DNA of 63,798 nt, counting the filler. It is 5 parts of 5 records of this genome, joined end to end, with 100 filler letters (N's around TTAATTAATTAA, not from the genome) between each part and the next. Parts side by side here need not be neighbours in the genome. Positions count along the whole stretch, not along the records: positions 32,721 to 57,591 come from SRR20825019_574; 4 more parts are not named here. One strand, written 5' to 3'. The translations under genes and the position numbers were made by a program. The notes beneath the pieces were generated by a model. The model was not told where the DNA came from. It saw only the letters and a list, made by a program, of their open reading frames with translations, and searched no databases. Positions 43,786 through 54,017 of the stretch are shown in pieces; positions within the stretch are counted from its first letter, which is position 1; each line of letters opens with the position of its first letter.

Positions 43786-45042
43786 TCAGGAGTAGACCAG
43801 CAGGCGCTGGCTAATCGGAGCCACTCGATCGTGGCTGCGGATCTTGGAAATGGCCTGGCCGTCGAGTGCCTGGCCTTCACCGATCAGCAGCAATCCATGC
43901 GGGCTATAAATGCCACTCGCCAACACCATATTCGGTTTTAACTCATCAAGCAGCACCTCACGCACCTGTCGGGGTAATTCCACCAAATGCATCGTTTTCA
44001 GAAACAGGCGGACCGCCTCGGGATCATACATCGATCCGGATCGCGAGAGCACCAGGTCCATCGCCTCCTTCCGATCGCGGCCCGATTCGACAAAACCCAC
44101 CGCCACCGCCAGACAGCGCGCCGTCCACGGTATCCGCTTGTCCGCCAATCCATCGGGAAACCCGAAGCCGTCGAACTGCTCATGATGCGATCGTATCGTC
44201 TCGGCAACATCCCCATCATCATCAACCAAGGTGGCCAAAGTTTGGCTATAAATCGGATGGTTATGCATCATGCCCCTTTCATGATCTCCCAAGCGGTCCG
44301 GATGCATTCGGAAAGCGCGCAGCAATTCCCGCGGCACCCCAATGAGTCCCAAATCGCACAACCAGGCTGCCGTCCGCAAAGCCCGGCGCTCCTTATCCGA
44401 AAAACTGTCCGACTCCGCCATTTTATCGGCGATCTCAACCAACGCTCGCGTCTGCCCACCAAGAATCGGATCAAACGCTGTCAGAATACGGCGGGTCAGC
44501 TCCAGAGAGTTCTCGTAGCGGCGGAGCAAAGTCTGATTGGCATGATCGAGTTGAGAACGCTGTTCTTCCAAATCCCGCACCCGCTCCGCGAGACTCTCAT
44601 TGGCTACGGTTAACTCGTCATTCAGATGCTGAGTCTGGGTCTGTAATGTCTCGTTGCTCGTCACCAGCTGATGTCGATCCACGGCATTGCTTACCGTCAC
44701 CAATAACTCCTCGCGGAGCCAGGGTTTCGCGAGAAACCGGAAGATTTCCCCCCGGTTGATCGCCTCGACAATCGTGGGCAGAGAAAGGATCGCCGTGATC
44801 AGAATACGGGAGGCATGCGGCAGTAATCGGCGCGACTCGATGAGGAAATCGAGACCGGACATTCCCGGCATTTTGTAATCCGAAATGATCACCGAGAAAT
44901 CCTTCTCATTCAGCAACGTCAGTGCCTTCAACGGATCCCCGCAGGCCACCACCTCATATTTTTCCCGCTCCAGAGTTTGCCGGAGAGACGCCAAGACAAT
45001 GGGCTCATCATCCACGATGAGGATACAGGGAGAGGAACTCAT
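43786..45042 (-). CDS. Response regulator with degenerate HD-GYP domain
   Basis: Intact REC (IISDYKMPGM), coiled coil, HD-GYP-like region with CD replacing HD and GFP replacing GYP; C-terminal ELKPNMVLA..IY..G.LLI module. Confidence 0.85.
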   Translation of the reverse strand: MSSSPCILIVDDEPIVLASLRQTLEREKYEVVACGDPLKALTLLNEKDFSVIISDYKMPGMSGLDFLIESRRLLPHASRILITAILSLPTIVEAINRGEIFRFLAKPWLREELLVTVSNAVDRHQLVTSNETLQTQTQHLNDELTVANESLAERVRDLEEQRSQLDHANQTLLRRYENSLELTRRILTAFDPILGGQTRALVEIADKMAESDSFSDKERRALRTAAWLCDLGLIGVPRELLRAFRMHPDRLGDHERGMMHNHPIYSQTLATLVDDDGDVAETIRSHHEQFDGFGFPDGLADKRIPWTARCLAVAVGFVESGRDRKEAMDLVLSRSGSMYDPEAVRLFLKTMHLVELPRQVREVLLDELKPNMVLASGIYSPHGLLLIGEGQALDGQAISKIRSHDRVAPISQRLLVYS

Positions 45043-45375
45043 CGGCTAACTTGGGTTTCGGTCGCAATGAATCTCACGTAATCGCTTAACGAGTTGCCCG
45101 GATGCCAGCCAGGTCTTGCCCCGTCGTAAATGGACAGGGCCGTTGCCGGAAATCAAAATTCGGGAAAATGCGGATTCGAGGGCTCTCATTGTAATCGTTT
45201 TCCCTATATCGACGCACTGGAGCGAGAATAAAGGAATCGCCTGAATTTTCTCTGCTGACTCGAGTGGAAAATATTGCCGCAAGCCTCCTCAGGAAAGTTC
45301 TCCGAGGCAGGAAGGATTGGATATTAATTTTTTAATCATTTATTAATTAGTATCTTACAAATCTTAAAAATCAAC

Positions 45376-45391
45376 TGGCACCGGGTTTGCT
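45376..45391 (+). promoter_or_regulatory. Sigma54 (-24/-12) promoter of the flgB operon
   Basis: TGGCAC-CGGGT-TTGCT, a perfect consensus 13 nt before the flgB ATG, preceded by an AT-rich tract. Confidence 0.88.
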
Positions 45392-45404
45392 AATGGGGAG
45401 ATGC

Positions 45405-45794
45405 ATGATAGACCCAATCTCGAACTCCGACAATTACCTGGCTGCGCGAAAGATGCTCGATGCCGCGGTTCTGCGCCAGGAGGCCATTTCCGCAAATATC
45501 GCCAACGTCGAGACCCCCGGTTACCGCCGCGTCGATGTTAATTCTGATTTCCAGGCGAAGCTGAAATCCATGTTCGAGACCGGGAACCTCGCCAAGGAAG
45601 CAAACCTCCTTCAACCCACCCTCGCTCAGGATATCCACGCGCGGAGCCTGGGGCCTGATGGCAACACCGTGGAACTGGAAAGCGAGCTCGTGGCGATGAA
45701 TCGCAATATCATCGATCACGAATTTCTCACACAAATCGTCACCGGCCATATCAAGCAACTCAAAGTAGCCATCACCGGCCGCATCGGCGTCTGA
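45405..45794 (+). CDS. flgB: Flagellar basal-body rod protein FlgB
   Basis: RQEAISANIANVETPGY; DGNTVELESE. Confidence 0.93.
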   Translation: MIDPISNSDNYLAARKMLDAAVLRQEAISANIANVETPGYRRVDVNSDFQAKLKSMFETGNLAKEANLLQPTLAQDIHARSLGPDGNTVELESELVAMNRNIIDHEFLTQIVTGHIKQLKVAITGRIGV

Positions 45795-45813
45795 CCCATC
45801 CACCCCAACTGCA

Positions 45814-46236
45814 ATGAATCTCATCTCCGGTATCAACATCACTTCCAGCGCCCTCACCGCGCAGAAAACGCGACTCGATATCGTCGCCCAAAATATCGCC
45901 AACGCCCAGGCCACCCGGACTCCCAACGGCGGGCCCTACGTCAGACAGGTCGTCTCTTTCGAAACGGAGCTCGCCCGTCAGGCCGGCGGATCAGGAGGCC
46001 AGAGCCTTGAGACCGTGCGGGTCGCCTCCATCTCAAGTGATAAAACTCCGGGCGAACAGGTATTCAATCCGCAGCATCCCGATGCCGGACCCGACGGCCT
46101 CGTCACCATGCCCAACGTCAATCTCTCCTATGAAATGGTCGATCTCATCACCGCTTCCCGTTCCTACGAAGCCAATCTCTCGGTCCTGAAAAATGCACGG
46201 GAGATGGCGATGAAGGCACTCTCAATCGGCAAATAA
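45814..46236 (+). CDS. flgC: Flagellar basal-body rod protein FlgC
   Basis: NIANAQAT, PQHPDA, MPNVN, EMVDLITASRSYEAN. Confidence 0.95.
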   Translation: MNLISGINITSSALTAQKTRLDIVAQNIANAQATRTPNGGPYVRQVVSFETELARQAGGSGGQSLETVRVASISSDKTPGEQVFNPQHPDAGPDGLVTMPNVNLSYEMVDLITASRSYEANLSVLKNAREMAMKALSIGK

Positions 46237-46250
46237 GCCGTCCTCTTACG

Positions 46251-46583
46251 ATGTCTCCCATCTCCAATATCGCCGCCTCGCCGTCTCCTCTGATTGGCCG
46301 ACTTGATGCACCCAACAGCGTCAAGGTTCCGAGCATCACCGGCACCCCTTCCGCTCCGGTGGGAGAAGGCTTTGGCCAATTACTGGATGGGCTCGTTTCC
46401 ACCGTCGGCACGAAACAGGCCGAAGCCAAGGCGGCCATCCAATCCGTCCTGCTCGGTGAAACCGATCAAGTGCACCAAAGCATCATTGCGATGCAAGAGG
46501 CCTCCGTGGCCTTCAGTCTGATGGTCGAGGTGCGCAACAAACTCGTCGAGTCCTACCAGGAGCTCATGCGGATGCAGGTATAA
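46251..46583 (+). CDS. fliE: Flagellar hook-basal body protein FliE
   Basis: EVRNKLVESYQELMRMQV C-terminus. Confidence 0.95.
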   Translation: MSPISNIAASPSPLIGRLDAPNSVKVPSITGTPSAPVGEGFGQLLDGLVSTVGTKQAEAKAAIQSVLLGETDQVHQSIIAMQEASVAFSLMVEVRNKLVESYQELMRMQV

Positions 46584-46601
46584 TTCTTTCCTTTTTAGAA
46601 C

Positions 46602-48194
46602 ATGCAAAAATTCATCCAATCCCTTTTGGACCTGTGGAAACAGCTCGGCCTGAATCAGCGGGTTTCCCTGTCGCTCGCGGCTCTCGTCGTCGTGGTGGGC
46701 ATGGCTGGTCTCGTCATTTGGTCGCAACGACCAGCCTACGAACTACTTTTCGCCAAGCTCTCTGAAAAAGACACCGCCGCCGTTATCAGTCATCTCCAAA
46801 CGGTTAACATCCCCTACAAGACCACGGCCGGCGGATCCACCGTCTTGGTGGCTGCCGATGAAGTTCACAAGGTTCGGATGGATCTCGCCTCCAAAGGACT
46901 CCCCACCGGTGATGGAGTCGGATACGAGATTTTCGACAAAGGACAATTCGGCCTCAGCGATTTTGTGCAGCGCACCAATTACTTCCGTGCAATTCAAGGC
47001 GAGCTCGCGCGCACCATCACGCAACTCCACGGCGTGCAAGGCGCCCGCGTCATGATCGTGCAGCCGGAGAATCGGCTCCTCCTCACCGATCAGGGCGTCA
47101 AGGCCACCGCCTCCGTCTTTGTTGATTTGGGCGGAAACCGCATGGAGATCGATCAGGTCAATGCCATCCGTCACCTCGTGGCCAATTCCGTCCAAGGCCT
47201 CCTCCCGGATCAGGTCGCCGTGGTTGATAATCGCGGCCGGGTGCTCTCCGAGGATCTCAAGCAGGATCCCACTCTCGGCACCGCCACCTCCCAGATCAGA
47301 TACCGCCAGCAGGTTGAAAATTACCTTTCCAAGAAAGTGGAAGGCATGCTTGCCCAAGTTATCGGGCCCGGACAGGCCGTCGTGCGCGTCTCCGCCGAGA
47401 TCGAAACCGAATCCATCACCTCAACCTCCGAGCGATATGATCCCGACGGTCAGGTTGTCCGCAGCCAAACCATCACCGAAGATATTTCCAATACGGCTGA
47501 ATTGCGCTCCTCCGGTGGAGCCACCGGCGTCAGTGCCAATGTTCCGGAAAAATCGCAGGGCGTCGCCAATGTCGGAAGGCCCACGTCTTCCACCGAACAG
47601 AATCGGAAAAACCGCACCACCACTTACGAAATCAATCGCACGACCACGAATACCGTTCGAGCTCCGGGCACCCTGAAAAACGTCACGGCATCCGTCTTCA
47701 TCGCGCAACGCAACGCCCCCGTCGCCGAGGATGGCACGGTGGGAGAACCACTGAAACGCACTCCGCAGGAGCTTGAAGGATTGCGCCAAATCGTGGTCAA
47801 CGCCCTCGGTCTCAAATCCGAAAGAGGACAATCAACCGACAGTATGATCAGCCTGCAGGAAATCCCCTTTGCCGCTTCAACCGCCGGGATCATCACGCCG
47901 GAAATGCAAGCTCTGGAAACGGAACATCGCTGGCAGGATTGGTTGGGTGCGGCGAGCCGTTGGAGTGCCGTGGTCTTGGCTTTGGGAATTCTCGCGATCT
48001 TCTGGCGCCAACTCAATCGCCAGAACATCGAGCCTGTCCCCGTCGAAGTTCTCTCCCTCTCTCCCGAGGCTGCCAGCCGGGCCCTTCCCTCAAAAAACGG
48101 TCTCACTCCTGAAGCTCTCAACGAGCTTATCCATCAAAAACCGGCCAATGTCGGTGTGGCGCTACGCGATTGGGTCACGGTTAATAAAAACTAA
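46602..48194 (+). CDS. fliF: Flagellar MS-ring protein FliF
   Basis: GYEIFDK, RAIQGELARTI, ATASVFV, YEINR; two TMs. Confidence 0.95.
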   Translation: MQKFIQSLLDLWKQLGLNQRVSLSLAALVVVVGMAGLVIWSQRPAYELLFAKLSEKDTAAVISHLQTVNIPYKTTAGGSTVLVAADEVHKVRMDLASKGLPTGDGVGYEIFDKGQFGLSDFVQRTNYFRAIQGELARTITQLHGVQGARVMIVQPENRLLLTDQGVKATASVFVDLGGNRMEIDQVNAIRHLVANSVQGLLPDQVAVVDNRGRVLSEDLKQDPTLGTATSQIRYRQQVENYLSKKVEGMLAQVIGPGQAVVRVSAEIETESITSTSERYDPDGQVVRSQTITEDISNTAELRSSGGATGVSANVPEKSQGVANVGRPTSSTEQNRKNRTTTYEINRTTTNTVRAPGTLKNVTASVFIAQRNAPVAEDGTVGEPLKRTPQELEGLRQIVVNALGLKSERGQSTDSMISLQEIPFAASTAGIITPEMQALETEHRWQDWLGAASRWSAVVLALGILAIFWRQLNRQNIEPVPVEVLSLSPEAASRALPSKNGLTPEALNELIHQKPANVGVALRDWVTVNKN

Positions 48195-48196
48195 GT

Positions 48197-49213
48197 ATGG
48201 AGAAGATCGATTACAGCAAATTGAGCCGTCCGCAAAAGCTCGCCGTTTTCCTGATCGCGATCGGTCCGGACTCCGCCGCGGAAGTGCTGCGACAATTTGA
48301 GGATGCGGAGGTCGAAATGCTCTGCCGGGAGATGTCCCAGCTCCCGATGATTTCGGCCCGGCTGAGAACTCAGGTCCTCGAAGAGTTTTCCACCCTCGTG
48401 GCCAACAGTGCCTCTTCGGCCCTCGGCGGGTTTTCCTACGCCCAACGGACGCTCTCCATCGCCAAGGGTGATTACAAGGCATCCTCGATCCTTGGCCGGG
48501 TCGGTCCCGTCGGCACTTCGGTGGATGTCGTCAAAGACATCAGCGAGATGGAAGGCCGACAAATCTTCAACCTGATCAAACACGAACAACCGCAGACCAT
48601 CTCCTTTGTTCTCTCCTATCTGGACAGCAGTAAGGCCTCGGAAGTTTTCAGTCTGCTCACGATCGAATTGCGTGAAGAGGTTATCGAACGCCTCGGCACC
48701 ATCGAATCGACCTCCCTCGATCTCGTTGGCAAAATCGTCCGCAGCCTCGGCAAGCATTTTGATTCCAAGGAACAACCCTCGTTTCACCGGAGCGGTGGAG
48801 TCAGTTCTGTCGCCGATCTGCTCAACAAGATGGATAAGAGCGAGAGCAAAACACTCCTCGCTCGCCTGGAAGAACGAAACACCCCACTCGGCCAGGCCGT
48901 GCGCAAAAAGATGTTCAGCTTCGAGGATATCGGTCGTCTGATGAATGCCGATCTGCAGCTCATTCTGCGCGAAGTCGATTCGTCCAATCTGGCGATCGCG
49001 ATGAAATCCGCCAGCGAATCCCTCCGTGAAAAATTCTATGGAGCGATCTCGAAACGCGCCGCGGAGAGCCTGCGTGAGGAAATCGAGTTCCTCGGTCAAG
49101 TGCGCCTCAAGGACGTGGAGATCGCCCAGGATGCGATCATTCAAGTCGTTCGCCGTCTCGAAGACGAAGATCAGATCACCATCGATGCCGACTCCGAAAC
49201 CCAGATGGCCTGA
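48197..49213 (+). CDS. fliG: Flagellar motor switch protein FliG
   Basis: EQPQTI, GG linker, MFSFEDI, VRLKDVEIAQ. Confidence 0.95.
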   Translation: MEKIDYSKLSRPQKLAVFLIAIGPDSAAEVLRQFEDAEVEMLCREMSQLPMISARLRTQVLEEFSTLVANSASSALGGFSYAQRTLSIAKGDYKASSILGRVGPVGTSVDVVKDISEMEGRQIFNLIKHEQPQTISFVLSYLDSSKASEVFSLLTIELREEVIERLGTIESTSLDLVGKIVRSLGKHFDSKEQPSFHRSGGVSSVADLLNKMDKSESKTLLARLEERNTPLGQAVRKKMFSFEDIGRLMNADLQLILREVDSSNLAIAMKSASESLREKFYGAISKRAAESLREEIEFLGQVRLKDVEIAQDAIIQVVRRLEDEDQITIDADSETQMA

Positions 49214-49215
49214 CC

Positions 49216-49803
49216 ATGGCGCATTCGAATCTCATCTCTTTTGATCGCCCGCTGATCAGTGCCACTCTCACGGGACAAGGCGGACGGCTCTACACGGAAG
49301 CTGAACTCAATGCACGTGAGCAGGAAGCTTATCAGCGTGGAGCCGATGAGACCCGCTCGTTCACCGATCAGCAAATGATGGAGCAACGCACCGAAACAGC
49401 CCAACTGGGCGATGGTATTTTCAAGAGCCTGACCAATCTGGAACCCACGTTGCTCGCCCAACTGGAGGAGCAACTCCCGACCCTCGTTTTGGAGGTCAGC
49501 CGACACCTGCTCGCGGGCTACGAACCATCGGACGACATCGTCTCGCGCATCTGTTTGGAAACACTCGAGCAACTTTATCCGGAGCGTGAAAATCTCGAGC
49601 TCCGGTTGAGCCCGCGTGACACCGAACTGTTGACCAAACTGGATCCCGATTGGCTGAAACGTTATCCCGGCCTTCGCATCGTAACGGACAATCATCTCGT
49701 CACGGGTGACTGCAAAGTGCACAGCCGCTTCGGGCTGACCGACGCCCAGCTGGAAACCAAACTCTCCGCGCTCCAACGCCATCTGGCTCCCTCCGCGTCA
49801 TGA
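49216..49803 (+). CDS. fliH: Flagellar assembly protein FliH
   Basis: AYQRG motif, LSPRD, GDCKVHS; located between fliG and fliI. Confidence 0.85.
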   Translation: MAHSNLISFDRPLISATLTGQGGRLYTEAELNAREQEAYQRGADETRSFTDQQMMEQRTETAQLGDGIFKSLTNLEPTLLAQLEEQLPTLVLEVSRHLLAGYEPSDDIVSRICLETLEQLYPERENLELRLSPRDTELLTKLDPDWLKRYPGLRIVTDNHLVTGDCKVHSRFGLTDAQLETKLSALQRHLAPSAS

Positions 49804-51122
49804 CTCCGACGGTCGCACCACTCTTTGAAACGATTCGCACTCAGGTGCGTCACTTGCCGCCCGTGCAACGCGTCGGCGCCGTCACCGGTGTCGCCGGTCT
49901 CGTCATTGAATCCGACGGTCCCAATGTAGGCCTCGGGGAACTCTGCCGGATTCATTCACCCCGCACCGATTTTTCCGTCCGCGCCGAAGTCGTCGGCTTT
50001 CGCGAACATCGCGTGCTCCTCATGCCCCTGGGAGAGACCCATGGTCTTCACGTCGGTTGCGAAGTCGCAGCCATCGATCGACCCGCGCTTCCCCGGCCCG
50101 GACCGGAAATGTTGGGCCGCGTGCTGGATGCATTCGGAGCTCCGCTTGACAGCAAAGGAATGCTCGCGGTGGATCGCACCGCCAACACCAACGCGACGCC
50201 TCCCCATCCCCTCAAACGTCAGCGTATCCATGAACCGCTCACCACCGGGGTGCGTGCACTCGATGTTTTCACGCCGATTGGCCATGGGCAACGGCTCGGG
50301 CTGTTCGCCGGGTCCGGCGTCGGTAAATCCACCCTGCTTGGCATGATCGCGCGAGGCGCCTCGGCTGATGTCATCGTAGTTGGCCTCATCGGGGAACGTG
50401 GTCGGGAAGTGCGCGAATTCATTGAGAAGGATCTGGGACCGGAGGGGATGAAACGTTCCGTCATCGTGGTCGCCACTTCCGACACCCCGGCGCCACAACG
50501 TCTGCGGGCGGCGTTTACCGCCACGGCCATCGCGGAAGCCTGGCGCGATGCCGGCAAAAGCGTGTTGCTGCTCATGGATTCCGTCACGCGTTTCGCGATG
50601 GCCCAACGTGAAATCGGTCTCGCCATCGGGGAGCCCCCCGCGACCCGCGGTTACACGCCCTCCGTCTTTGCGCTCCTCCCCCGATTGCTGGAGCGATCAG
50701 GAGCGGGCGAACGCGGCACGATCACGGCCCTTTATACCGTCCTCGTGGAAGGCGACGACCTCAATGAACCCGTGACCGATGCGGTTCGCGGTATTCTTGA
50801 TGGTCATCTCGTGCTCTCCCGGGCGCTTGCGAATATGAATCACTATCCGGCAATTGATGTGCTCGATAGTGTCAGCCGACTCACGCGCGACCTCTGCTCT
50901 TCCGAGGAATTGAATATCATCGCCCGAGCCCGCGAGCATCTCGCCCTTTATCGGAAAAACGAAGACCTCGTTTCGATTGGAGCCTACCAAAAAGGTTCCA
51001 ATCCCGAACTCGATCGCGCGGTTGAGCTGCACCTCCCCCTGCGCGGTTTTCTCCGTCAGGACACACAAGACCACGTCGCCCGCGAAGAGAGTTTTGCCGG
51101 GCTTAACAAAATCCTCACATGA
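49800..51122 (+). CDS. fliI: Flagellar export ATPase FliI
   Basis: Walker A AGSGVGKST, GERGREV, DSVTRFAMAQRE. Confidence 0.96.
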   Translation: MTPTVAPLFETIRTQVRHLPPVQRVGAVTGVAGLVIESDGPNVGLGELCRIHSPRTDFSVRAEVVGFREHRVLLMPLGETHGLHVGCEVAAIDRPALPRPGPEMLGRVLDAFGAPLDSKGMLAVDRTANTNATPPHPLKRQRIHEPLTTGVRALDVFTPIGHGQRLGLFAGSGVGKSTLLGMIARGASADVIVVGLIGERGREVREFIEKDLGPEGMKRSVIVVATSDTPAPQRLRAAFTATAIAEAWRDAGKSVLLLMDSVTRFAMAQREIGLAIGEPPATRGYTPSVFALLPRLLERSGAGERGTITALYTVLVEGDDLNEPVTDAVRGILDGHLVLSRALANMNHYPAIDVLDSVSRLTRDLCSSEELNIIARAREHLALYRKNEDLVSIGAYQKGSNPELDRAVELHLPLRGFLRQDTQDHVAREESFAGLNKILT

Positions 51123-51577
51123 AGCGTTATCATTTCCCATTGCGCCCCGTAGGAGTATTGCGAGCCCATCATGAAATGCGGGCTCGCGAGGTGTTTGCCG
51201 CTTCCGTCCACAAATACGCAAGTGCTCGTGAAACGCTGGCGGGTATCCGCGCCGAGAAGACCCGGTTGGAGGCCGCTCTTATCCAACGTGCTAAAGGGAA
51301 AGCACACGCGTCGGAGACGTCGGCGTTCTATCAGGCCTACCGGCAGAAATGCGCAGCCGAAGTCGCCGCCGAACGCGCCCTCAACGCAGCAAAGGCCGAG
51401 ATGAATACCAACCGAAAAAAATACACCGAAGCTAATCGAGAGGTGAAAATCATTGAACGTCTCGAGGAAAAACATCGCACCACCTACCGGCTGGAAAGTG
51501 ATCGGGCCTCCCAAGCGGAACTGGATGATTTCGCCGGTCATCGCTTCATCCGGGAACGCGCCAAATCTGAACAATGA
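51119..51577 (+). CDS. fliJ: Flagellar export protein FliJ
   Basis: MKRYHFPL start, coiled coil, ERLEEK...Q.ELDD; follows fliI. Confidence 0.85.
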   Translation: MKRYHFPLRPVGVLRAHHEMRAREVFAASVHKYASARETLAGIRAEKTRLEAALIQRAKGKAHASETSAFYQAYRQKCAAEVAAERALNAAKAEMNTNRKKYTEANREVKIIERLEEKHRTTYRLESDRASQAELDDFAGHRFIRERAKSEQ

Positions 51578-52191
51578 AAACATTCCTCCCTTCCCTATTG
51601 ACCATCCTTTTGGGCGTCTTCTCCGGTGTCGGCACCAGTGTCTATGTGTTCTGGCGTTCCGCGGAACCTCTCTTCGCACAAGCCATCCTCGAACGGGAAC
51701 AAGCTCAGGAACAGATCCCCGAGGAGGTTCTCGAAAAAGGTTGGGATTTTTGGACCATTGAAATTGAAAACCTCGCTAACGAGCTCCGCGGTGAGAAAGA
51801 GCGGTTCATCCTTGAAACCGAGCAAGCCGAGCAACGCAGCGCGCACATCGCGACCGAACAGCAGGAGCTTGATGCACTCCGCCGGGAAATCGAAACCCTG
51901 CGCCGGGAAATCAGCGAGCGGGTCATTGAAATCCGCGCCTCCGAAAAGAAGAACATCCGCACGTTGGCGCTGACTTACACCAATCTCTCCCCAAGTGCTG
52001 CCATCGCCCTGATCCGGGAATTGGACGATGTCACCGTTGTTAAAATCCTCTCCCAAATGAAACCCGATGTGATCGGGCCCATCTTCGAAGAAATGAGTCA
52101 GCTCACTGCGCCCGGCAATAATCTCGCCCAACGAGCCGCGCTCTTGTCGGAGAAAATCCGGCTGATGCAGACCGCGACTGTAGAGCCCTGA
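51574..52191 (+). CDS. MotE/YlxF/FlbB-like protein (MgtE-N-like C-terminus)
   Basis: N-terminal TM, coiled coil, LALTYTNLSPSAA...ILSQMKPD; position between fliJ and fliK. Confidence 0.75.
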   Translation: MKTFLPSLLTILLGVFSGVGTSVYVFWRSAEPLFAQAILEREQAQEQIPEEVLEKGWDFWTIEIENLANELRGEKERFILETEQAEQRSAHIATEQQELDALRREIETLRREISERVIEIRASEKKNIRTLALTYTNLSPSAAIALIRELDDVTVVKILSQMKPDVIGPIFEEMSQLTAPGNNLAQRAALLSEKIRLMQTATVEP

Positions 52192-52198
52192 TATCACG

Positions 52199-54010
52199 AT
52201 GCTTCCTCTCTCGACCAAACCCCTCGCCATGACGCCTCAAGCGCATTCGTCATCCCAGGTCGAAGGGGGTCATCCCGATCACCAATCCCATGGCTTTATG
52301 GCTGTCTTTCTGGGAGTTGCCAGCAGCTCTCAGAAACCCGGAGTGACCGCAATTTTCGAAAAAATGATGGGGCCTCTTCAGAAAACCAAAGAAGCCACGG
52401 CCACCGACACTGCCTTGTTCTCTCCTCCGACCCTTCCGACATACCAACCGCCCATGGAGCCGCTTGCTCCCCAGGCAGTGGGTCAGAGTTTGACGAAGAG
52501 CCCCGGGGAAACAGACGAATTTCAGCCAACAAGTGAGCAGAGTCCCCCACTGCCTCCACAGCTTCCACGCAAGACGACAAAGTCCATCGGAAACCACTCC
52601 CGTAGCGCTCCCAGTCCAATCGTCACGGCTCAGCCCGTCAGTCTGAACACCACGCCCTCCCCACCCGGGCCACCAGCCGTGATCCAATCCCCCGTTCCCG
52701 CGAGGCTATCAACTTCGGAAACTACCGGGAATGGACCTGCCGCCGGCGCTCAAATTGATCACCCTGCTACCGCTCAAACGGCGGTCACTGCATTGCCTCA
52801 ATCAGAACGAGCCAAGGAAAATAGTTCTCTCACTTCTCGACCCAGCGTTGTAGTCAGCCAGACCGAGATCCCTGGCGTGAGCTCCCCACCGTCAACCGCC
52901 CGAGCCACGTTCCCTTCAGTCGTTTCAGGAAGCACTCCTTCTGTAACCGGGAACGCTCCCGGCGAACCTCACACACCGGAAAATATTTCCACTTCCGCAG
53001 TCGCCAGGCATGAAGCGCCAGCACCTCTCCAATTGTCAGCGACAGGGCAGTCAGCGAATCATGCGGCCAAAATCAGCAGCCAGACATCGTCTGATGTGCC
53101 GCAGTTAAAACCCTCATTAGATAACCAACCCGCTGGTGCGCCCTCCACTACCGCGCGTCAGCCCGCACAAAGCAATGAGATCAGCTCCACTCCGGAAATC
53201 CCTCCCGATCTCAGCCCCAAAATTCTGCCGGATTCTGGTCGCGCTACCCAGCCCAATGGGGTGGGTCCAAAGACAGAGGTAAAAATTTCCCTGCCCTCGG
53301 CGGAGCCATCTCCAGATGCCAACAATCCCGCAAAGGAAACATATATTACAGGTGTAACCAACCGAATGACAACGACTAATAAATCAACTGAACCAGTTGG
53401 CATCGACGTTGCTATTAAAGAATCCTCAATGCCTTCCCCTTCCGTTCAAATCCATTCCGAATCATCGGAAACCAAGACCGAGACAATGCAAAGTGTCTTC
53501 TCCGCAACGGGTGGTCTGAAGGACGGAGCATCCCCCCTTCCGCAGGAACCGGTTTCCGCCGCCCGACAAGTGCTCGGGACCATTCTCAGAATCGTCGATC
53601 AACCGGAACGTGCCGAACAAACCAAAGTAGACCTCCATTTCTCTTTCGGGAAAGACACCCTCGCGGTGCGGGTCGGCATGCATGCCGGCGAGGTGCATAC
53701 GACCTTTCAAAGTTCCTCAGCCGAACTGCGCAATACCCTCGCCAATCAATGGCAGGGATTCACCGAGCACCTGCCTGAGAACACCCGCGCCCTCCTCGAT
53801 CCCATTTTTAAGGACTCCACTTTCTCTCATTCCGGATCACCGAATCACCAGGAATCTTCCGGGCAGCAGTCCGCTTCTCGTCATCGGGAGACACCCTTTC
53901 AACGCCACCCCAACCACCCTCAGGGCGAATCAAATGAGGAGGAATTCACGGCTTCCCATCGCCCCTCAGCTTCCTCAACCGGCCGGCAACTACTCAACAC
54001 CTTAGCCTGA
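52199..54010 (+). CDS. fliK: Flagellar hook-length control protein FliK-like
   Basis: Long P/S/T-rich region and C-terminal T3S4-like beta segment ([27 protein letters not shown]); precedes flgD. Confidence 0.72.
   Translation: MLPLSTKPLAMTPQAHSSSQVEGGHPDHQSHGFMAVFLGVASSSQKPGVTAIFEKMMGPLQKTKEATATDTALFSPPTLPTYQPPMEPLAPQAVGQSLTKSPGETDEFQPTSEQSPPLPPQLPRKTTKSIGNHSRSAPSPIVTAQPVSLNTTPSPPGPPAVIQSPVPARLSTSETTGNGPAAGAQIDHPATAQTAVTALPQSERAKENSSLTSRPSVVVSQTEIPGVSSPPSTARATFPSVVSGSTPSVTGNAPGEPHTPENISTSAVARHEAPAPLQLSATGQSANHAAKISSQTSSDVPQLKPSLDNQPAGAPSTTARQPAQSNEISSTPEIPPDLSPKILPDSGRATQPNGVGPKTEVKISLPSAEPSPDANNPAKETYITGVTNRMTTTNKSTEPVGIDVAIKESSMPSPSVQIHSESSETKTETMQSVFSATGGLKDGASPLPQEPVSAARQVLGTILRIVDQPERAEQTKVDLHFSFGKDTLAVRVGMHAGEVHTTFQSSSAELRNTLANQWQGFTEHLPENTRALLDPIFKDSTFSHSGSPNHQESSGQQSASRHRETPFQRHPNHPQGESNEEEFTASHRPSASSTGRQLLNTLA
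53398..53413 (+). promoter_or_regulatory. Putative internal sigma54 promoter within fliK
   Basis: TGGCAT-CGACG-TTGCT with an AT-rich upstream stretch. Confidence 0.65.
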
Positions 54011-54017
54011 TTTTATC

